From Macrostomum lignano (lineage: Eukaryota), in contig NIVC01002533.1 of NCBI GenBank assembly GCA_002269645.1, positions 99,474-163,473 of the forward strand: a stretch of 64,000 nt of DNA. Direction: 5' to 3'. Every line of letters begins with the position of its first letter. Position 1 is the first letter of the stretch. A program made the position numbers and the translations under genes. This document shows, one piece after another, positions 59,701 to 64,000 of this stretch. Under the pieces are notes generated by a model that was not told where the DNA came from, searched no databases, and saw nothing but the letters and a program-made list of their open reading frames with translations.

Positions 59701-61965
59701 TAAATTTTCGTTTCTTCTCGAGTCGGCTTGTTGGAGTTTGCTCAGGGAGCGGGAATCGGTAGGATTAATTGCGCCAAAATGTTCCCTTATAATCGAATGC
59801 CATCCCAACAATTCCTTCCATTATCCAATATGGAATCCAGTACCAATGGGGGGGGGCTCTCTAACCGCCAGAGCCGGATCGGCAGTCGAGAAAGTCTCCC
59901 CAAGGGAAAATCTGGGGATAAATTGGGATTTCGGACTTTCTCGAACAAAGTTTTCCGCTAAGCAAAGATTAGGGAAGAAGAAGTTGGGAAAACGAAATGA
60001 GAGAGGGCGAGAGAAATACGGTTCGAATTTCAAGCCAGACAGTTCGGGAGGTGTTAGCCATCTGCCTCTGCTGCACCTACCTTATTGGATTGCACTATTT
60101 CCGTGCCTGGCAATGCTGGCAATTTTAATCCGAGAGAAATGTTCTTACAATTCACTAAGTGCCCAGCAAAACGGTGGCATTTTAATTTTTTTACAAGGAT
60201 GGAATTGCAGTTTCCATAATATACAAGGCTTTAGACTTGTATATTATAAGGATTACATGCGGCATATTTATGCTACTGTCTATGAGGGGTGCCCAGCTCA
60301 ATGTTAGCTGCCAAATTTAAAGATATCTAAGCGCCCCATTCAAGACAGAGGCGCCCAATTCAAATATAGAGGCCCAATCCAAAGACAGAAGCGCCCAATT
60401 CAAAGACAGAAGCGCCCAATCCAAAGACAGAAGCGCCCAATCCAAAGACAGAAGCGCCCAATCCAAAGACAGAAGCGCCCAATCAAAGACAGAAGCGCCC
60501 AATCCAAAGATAGAAGCGCCCAATTCAAATATCGAAGCGCCCAATTCAAAGATAGAAGCGCCCAATCCAAAGACAGAAGCGCCCAATCCAAAGACAGAAG
60601 CGCCCAATCCAAAGACAGAAGCGCCCAATTCAAAGACAGAAGCGCCCAATCCAAAGACAGAAGCGCCCAATCCAAAGACAGAAGCGCCAATTCAAAGACA
60701 GAAGCGCCCAATCCAAAGACAAAAGCGCCCAATTCAAAGACAGAAGCGCCCAATCCAAAGACAGAGGCGCCAACTCAAAGACAGAAGCGCCCAATTCAAA
60801 GTTTTGCTAAAGCGCCAGCATAATTGTTTTTCATGAACAAAAGTGCAAACACTTTTTCTTTGAACCATACCCCATATCTCTGCAACTGTACACCAAGCGG
60901 AAACCCGTGCACTTTTATCATCAGCTACAAGCGGCCGAGAGGCGCATACAGCAACTGGCCCAGTGCGACTGCATCGTCCGGTGCTCGCACAATGGCACCT
61001 ACTACGAAGACGGACAGACTTGGGACATTGGTGACTGCCGGGAATGCTCCTGCCAGGTAATTCCGCCACAGGTGTTGCTTTGCTAATTGCTTTTCTTACT
61101 TAGTCGGTTTTCCCTCTGGCCAGGCGAATTTGAAAGACCAATGCAAAATTTTTAAAGCGAGCAGGTGCGTCACATATGAGAGAAATTTGCTTTGCATCTA
61201 CCTTGAATACCTTTAAAATGCATTTTGTAGTTGCTTCTATGCAGAATCTTTAATTGTAATTTCTTGGTAAAAACGGCCCTTTTGGGGCGCTTTCTGAAAG
61301 CTTGTGCAGTTTTTACTGTAAGTTTTTTTCCCTGTAGTTATTTGTTCATAAAATATTGTATGTGCCTCATTGATTTTACGTATTTAAATTTTCCACCCTA
61401 AAGAACATTTTTAAAAGTACAACCCCCTAAAGTACATTGTTCAAAAGTACACACCCTAAAGTACATAACCTAAATTACGCTCGAACATGTATTAAAGTAC
61501 ATAGCCATAATTACATGCCTCAAAGTAGATAATTACTTAATTGTTTCGTACGCCTTCATACACAATTAGGGCATTATGGCTTTATTGGATTGTGTTATAA
61601 TTCTTGCGCTAAAGTACGTACCCTAGAGTACTCTAAGCCAAAATAAATCCCAAAAAGTACATTTTCTAAAGTGCAAATCTCAAACTACACGTTATTGAAA
61701 TCCAATTAAAATCTATTTAAAACCAATTTAGCGAGGCCGAATCAGCTGCGGTCCGAAGCCCTGCCCCCCGGTCACGTGCGCCTTCCCAGTCCGCATGAAG
61801 GGCTCCTGCTGCTCCACCTGCCTTCGCTCCTGCGACCTGCACGGCATCGTTGGCGGGGGTGCTCAAAGCGGCAGTCGAGGGGCATTCGAGCACGGGATGA
61901 ACATCACGAGCTTGTCGGAGATTGACTCGTCTAACAATCGGATTTGCGTCCACTGCCAGTGCAAG
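56774..61965 (+). CDS. NELL: NELL (neural EGF-like, PKC-binding protein) homolog, partial and continuing beyond the window. Exons ~56759/56774-56955, 57375-57657, 58458-58530, 59518-59600, 60925-61056, 61732-61965
   Basis: TSPN/LamG (DFTLLFTLKQ; LADNLWHQVALTISGSQVVLLVDCQKIYDRV; LWLGQRG), CPTC, coiled coil (LQAAERRIQQLAQCDC) and VWC repeats (CSHNGTYYEDGQTW...CRECSC; CPPVTC...GSCCSTC) occur in NELL1/2 order with consistent phases. Confidence 0.9.
57003..57075 (+). other. tRNA-derived (SINE head or pseudo-tRNA) Pol III element
   Basis: A-box TAGCTAAGGGG and B-box GGTTCGATTCC, but the anticodon and acceptor stems do not pair. Confidence 0.5.
57715..58390. repeat. 20-bp minisatellite (CTGACACCCCAGTGTCTTAT)n
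   Basis: Visible; contains a GACAC/GTGTC inverted repeat. Confidence 0.9.
59001..59343 (+). mobile_element. tRNA-derived SINE, family A, copy 2
   Basis: A-box GTAGCCCAGTGG, B-box GGCTCGATTCC, colinear with 20668-21000; possible TSD TCTGTCTGG at 58994-59002 and 59344-59352. Confidence 0.8.
60330..60800. repeat. 21-bp minisatellite (AAGACAGAAGCGCCCAATCCA)n
   Basis: Visible. Confidence 0.9.
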
Positions 61966-61994
61966 GTAGCGGCTTGGCTTTTTTGTGTATACAT

Positions 61995-62715
61995 GACATG
62001 ACATCTCACATACACAATCATGACATCTCATATACACAATCATGACATCTCATACACAATCATGACATGTTATATACACAATCATGACATCTCATATACA
62101 CAATCATGACATCTCATATACACAATCATGACATCTCATATGCACAATCATGACATCTCACATACACAATCATGACATCTCATACACAATCATGACATGT
62201 TATATACACAATCATGACATCTCATATACACAATCATGACATCTCATATACACAATCATGACATCTCACATACACAATCATGACATCTCATATACACAAT
62301 CATGACATCTCATATACACAATCATGACATCTCACATACACAATCATGACATCTCATATAAACAATCATGACATCTCACATACACAATCATGACATCTCA
62401 CATACACAATCATGACATCTCACATACACAATCATGACATCTCATATACACAATCATGACATCTCACATACACAATCATGACATCTCATATACACAATCA
62501 TGACATCTCATATACACAATCATGACATCTCACATACACAATCATGACATCTCACATACACAATCATGACATCTCATATACACAATCATGGCGCCCTTAC
62601 ACAAGCATGGCGCCCCTTACACAAACATGGCGCCCCTTACACAAGCATGGCGCCCCTTTCACAAGCATGGCGCCCTTTCACAAGCATGGCGCCCCTTACA
62701 CAAGCATGGCGCCCT
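61995..62715. repeat. 22-bp minisatellite (CATGACATCTCATATACACAAT)n switching at ~62586 to (CACAAGCATGGCGCCCCTTA)n
   Basis: Visible; starts just after the NELL donor at 61966. Confidence 0.95.
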
Positions 62716-63034
62716 AAAAAAGCAATTGTTTATTCTATCGATTGGCTAAAGCTGCAATGTGGAAAAACCCTGCAGCTCGTACTTGAGTTTCAACCGGATG
62801 TGTTTATCCAATTTTTCCCTGCATTATGAAACGAATGGGCAGGTCAAAGTTTTAATATAAACGAATGAAGCTCTCTCTGATTTGGCTCTCTAACAGTTCA
62901 CTGTTGACCCTTTTCCCTTCTTTTCCTTTCTTTTGCTTCTTGAATTTCTTTATTTAGCGAGCGAAAAAAAGAAAATTAAATTTTGGTTACACTGAGACTG
63001 AGAACCTTCTAGCACTAATTTCGCTTCTCATCCC

Positions 63035-64000
63035 ATCTACTTTCTGTGTCTCTAATCTCACCCTACCTACTTTCAGTGTCTCTAATCTCACTCCATCTAC
63101 TTTCTGTGTCTCTAATTCACCCCATCTACTACCGGTGTCTAATCTCACACCATCTACTTTCTGTGTCCCTTATCTCACCCTATCTGCTTTCTATATTTCT
63201 AATCTCACCCCATCTACTACCTGTGTCTCTAATCTCACCCAATCTACTTTCAGTGTCTCTAATCTCACCCTACCTACTTTCTGTGTCTCTAATCTCACCC
63301 TACCAACTTTCTGTGTCTCTAATCTCACCCCATCTACTTTCTGTGTCTACAATTTCGACTCATCTACTTTCTGTGTCTCTAATCTCACCCTACCTACTAT
63401 CTGCGTCTCTAATCTCACCCTATTTACTTTCTGTGTTATGTGTCTACAATCTCACCCCATCTCATCCGTGTATCGCTAATCTCACCCATCTCATCCGTGT
63501 ATCTCTAATCTCACCCCATCTCATCCGTGTATCTCTAATCTCACCCCATCTCATCCGTGTATCTCTAATCTCACCCCATCTCATCCGTGTATCTCTAATC
63601 TCACCCTCATCATCCGTGTATCTCTAATCTCACCCATCTCATTCGTGTATCTCTAATCTCATCCCCATCTCATCCGTGTATCTCTAATCTCACCCCATCT
63701 CATCCGTGTATCTCTAATCTCACCCCATCTCATCCGTGTATCTCTAATCTCACCCCATCTCATCCGTGATCTCTAATCTCACCCCATCTCATCCGTGTAT
63801 CTCTAAATCTCACCCCATCTACTTTCTATGTCTCTAATCTCACCCCACCTACTACCGGTGTGTCTAATCTCACCCCATCTACTACTGTGTCTCTAATCTC
63901 ACCCAATCTGCTACTGTGTCTAATAATCTCACCCCATCTATTTTCTGCGTCTCTAATCTCACCTACCTACTTTCTGTGTCTCTAATCTCACCATCTACTT
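63035..64000. repeat. 30-bp minisatellite (CTAATCTCACCCCATCTACTTTCTGTGTCT / ...CTCATCCGTGTATCT)n
   Basis: Visible; runs to the window end. Confidence 0.92.

Noticed and set aside
59728-60307. 189-aa ORF in a NELL intron
   Set aside because: No recognisable domain, it starts at TTG, and it lies inside a phase-consistent NELL intron.
737-64000. Dozens of long repetitive ORFs ([41 protein letters not shown] and others)
   Set aside because: They are translations of intronic or intergenic tandem repeats, often open in several frames or on both strands, with no domain content.

Overview
Eukaryotic, intron-rich genomic DNA with GT-AG introns packed with mini- and microsatellites. The repeat-filled introns and a flatworm-type spliced-leader-like sequence suggest a macrostomid flatworm such as Macrostomum (inference). 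Most ORF-track entries are translations of tandem repeats, not genes. Manually spliced genes: (1) the 3' part of a long-form intersectin (coiled coil, 5xSH3, DH, PH, C2; + strand, 1-22788); (2) an Mx-like dynamin GTPase (- strand, 28142-32760) with a TCPD G4 motif and no visible start codon; (3) a small secreted 6-Cys peptide ending in six Trp (- strand, 37238-37438); (4) an unknown protein with a C-terminal CxxC-repeat domain (+, 39753-43183); (5) RMDN1 (+, 43904-47200); (6) a divergent Hox/ParaHox-class homeobox gene (-, 50498-50934); (7) the 5' part of NELL (+, from about 56760, running out of the window). Mobile DNA includes two tRNA-derived SINE families (one CORE/MIR-like) and small foldback elements. 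The most unusual object is a 2.19-kb insertion without a recognisable ORF in the last intersectin intron (12874-15060). It has a 10-11 bp target-site duplication, an (AAC)n tail, a 5' end matching the first ~23 nt of the Macrostomum spliced leader as I recall it, a long G-U-rich hairpin, and two tandem conserved structured modules.
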